Part shown: one piece after another, positions 62,602 to 64,000 of the stretch | How the letters are laid out: every line of letters starts with the position of its first letter | Position numbering within the stretch: the stretch's first letter is position 1 | Source of the DNA: an uncultured Actinomycetes bacterium | GTDB taxonomy: Bacteria; Actinomycetota; Actinomycetes; Streptosporangiales; Streptosporangiaceae | Length of the DNA: 64,000 nucleotides | Assembly (NCBI GenBank): GCA_963786975.1 | Contig: CAWBBE010000005.1 | Coordinates: forward strand, 17,826-81,825 | Direction: 5' to 3' | Made by a program: the position numbers and the translations under genes | Notes under the pieces: generated by a model | What the model saw: only the letters and a program-made list of their open reading frames with translations | Database searches by the model: none | Told to the model about the DNA's origin: nothing

Positions 62602-63375
62602 GTGCGAGTCGGTGCTGGCCCGGCCGTTCACGTCCTCGCCTCGGAGTTCAAGATCTCGATCGCCGTCGGCGCATCGCTGCGGCCGATGATGTGGATGTTC
62701 GTCGCGATACTCGTGACTTTCCTCGTCACCAGGACCGTCACCAGGCTGATCCGGTCAGGCAGCGGCGGCGGGGCCGGACTGGGCAATATCCGGATCGCCG
62801 GCCATCACGTTCATCACCAGGTTTTCGGCATATTGATCATCATAGGCACCGGAATCGTGCTGATATCCGCGACGCCGCAGGGCGCCGGCCTGGAGGTCGC
62901 CGCCGCCATCTTCGGGGTCGGAGTTGCCCTCACCGTCGACGAGTTCGCGCTCTGGCTGCAGCTGGAGGACGTGTACTGGACCACCGAGGGGCGCAAATCG
63001 GTCGACGCGATCTTCTGCGTCCTGGTGGTAACCGGAGCGCTCGTCGGCGGGGCTGATTTCCTGACCGGCCGGGTCGGCACGACGGCCTGGTGGGCGTCGG
63101 TCGCCGTCCTCGCCGCCAATCTCCTGTTCTGCGTGATATGCCTGCTCAAGGGAAAGGTCACGACCGGCGTCGTCGGTATCGTCGTCGGCCTGGTCGGCGT
63201 CATCGGCGCGATCAGGCTGGCCAAGCCGGGATCCTGGTGGGCGGCGCGGCGCTACGCCAGCAGGCCCCAGCGGGCCGCCCGCGCGGCGCACCGCTACGGC
63301 CAGCGCTACGAGCAGCGCTGGAACCGGCTGCGGGATCTGGTCGCCGGCGCCCCCTCCGAGGAAGGGCCCGGCTAG
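62602..63375 (+). CDS. Integral membrane protein, hypothetical
   Basis: ORF 62485..63375 trimmed to GTG 62602 (GGGGGAGG SD). Five or six TM helices and a basic C-terminal tail. TAGAAT -10-like hexamer at 62562-62567. Confidence 0.65.
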   Translation: MRVGAGPAVHVLASEFKISIAVGASLRPMMWMFVAILVTFLVTRTVTRLIRSGSGGGAGLGNIRIAGHHVHHQVFGILIIIGTGIVLISATPQGAGLEVAAAIFGVGVALTVDEFALWLQLEDVYWTTEGRKSVDAIFCVLVVTGALVGGADFLTGRVGTTAWWASVAVLAANLLFCVICLLKGKVTTGVVGIVVGLVGVIGAIRLAKPGSWWAARRYASRPQRAARAAHRYGQRYEQRWNRLRDLVAGAPSEEGPG

Positions 63376-63478
63376 CGCGGCGGCGGCCGGCGCGCATCGC
63401 GTCGCCGGGACGGGATGCCGCCGGGCGGCCGACGGCCCCGCGCCGGTCAGGTGCGGGGCCGTCGCGGCGCGGGCCAGC

Positions 63479-64000
63479 TCAGGACGTGCCGTCCAGCCAT
63501 TCCTCGAAGGTGGGGCCGGCCAGGGTGGCGTGCGGCCCGGGGAGCAGCGCTCCCGTTTCCAGCAGCTGGGCGTCCGGGTCCGCCAGGTTGCGCACGCCTT
63601 CGACCTTCACCGCCGGGCCGCGGCGGTTGACGAGCAGCGTCGCCATGTCGACGAGGTTCTCCTGCCGCGGCCCGGCGACCTCCAGGATCGGTGCCGTGCC
63701 CGGCCCCGGCGCGAACGATCCGGGGCTGGTGACGAGGTCGGCGAGTGCCTCCGCGACGGTCCGGGCGGCGACCAGCTGGGTGCGCATCTGCGGCACGTAC
63801 GCCACCTCGCCCTGCGTGCCCCATGCCACGACCTGCGCGACGAACTCGTGGAACTGCGCCGAGCGCAGGATGCGGACCGGCACCGGGCCGGACAGCATGG
63901 CGTGCTCGTGGGCGACCTTCGCGGCGTTATAGCCGCCGGCGAACGCCTTGATCCCGATAATGGACACGACCGCGATCCGCCGCAGGCCGGCCCGCTGGCC
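63479..64000 (-). CDS. NAD(P)H-binding (NmrA/SDR-like) protein, 5' end beyond the window
   Basis: ORF 63479..63967, and the frame stays open to 64000 (..RRIAVVSIIGI..). YNAAKVAHEHAML, ILRSAQFHEF and a C-terminal FEEWL. Confidence 0.7.
   Translation of the reverse strand, partial: GQRAGLRRIAVVSIIGIKAFAGGYNAAKVAHEHAMLSGPVPVRILRSAQFHEFVAQVVAWGTQGEVAYVPQMRTQLVAARTVAEALADLVTSPGSFAPGPGTAPILEVAGPRQENLVDMATLLVNRRGPAVKVEGVRNLADPDAQLLETGALLPGPHATLAGPTFEEWLDGTS

Overview
This is a high-GC window (hand counts on a few 60-nt lines give about 70 % G+C). Codon bias and protein families are typical of Actinomycetota; I cannot place it more finely. It is gene-dense on both strands and looks like flexible/accessory chromosome rather than core. 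There are no rRNA genes, no intact tRNA and no CRISPR array. I could support about 60 coding regions. They include seven VOC/glyoxalase-fold genes (nine domains). Regulators comprise two TetR genes, an AraC gene, a NarL-type two-component set, a SARP fusion and an HTH-NB-ARC-TPR STAND protein. Transporters are an MFS and an NCS1 permease. The rest are small redox or hydrolase enzymes and many membrane or secreted hypotheticals. Decay and mobility scars are frequent. They include the 5' half of a group II intron joined to a transposase tail, and an IS982-like transposase fragment. Two 3' halves of tRNA-Arg(CCT) lie in direct orientation, with a roughly 257-bp repeat pair and GGGAGCC repeats around them. 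There are also several truncated genes (TetR, methyltransferase, DinB-like, SigJ-like, CMD), relics of an AraC 3' tail, and a low-GC islet carrying a 542-aa orphan. The most interesting unexplained items are listed here. (1) A co-directional block at 25059-34279: a SARP-TM-propeller-solute-binding-domain fusion, two PD40 propellers, an arginase-fold protein with an unusual Cys in the first metal motif, and an overlapping HTH-NB-ARC-TPR STAND gene. (2) A three-member small-protein family; two members share a 32-nt, nearly identical upstream element, and one is fused to a GNAT. (3) Short palindromic motifs recurring in unrelated intergenic regions. (4) A sensor kinase with an internally duplicated sensor/DHp module. 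All calls rest on reading the ORF track and sequence and on remembered family motifs. Start codons are best guesses and no database search was run.
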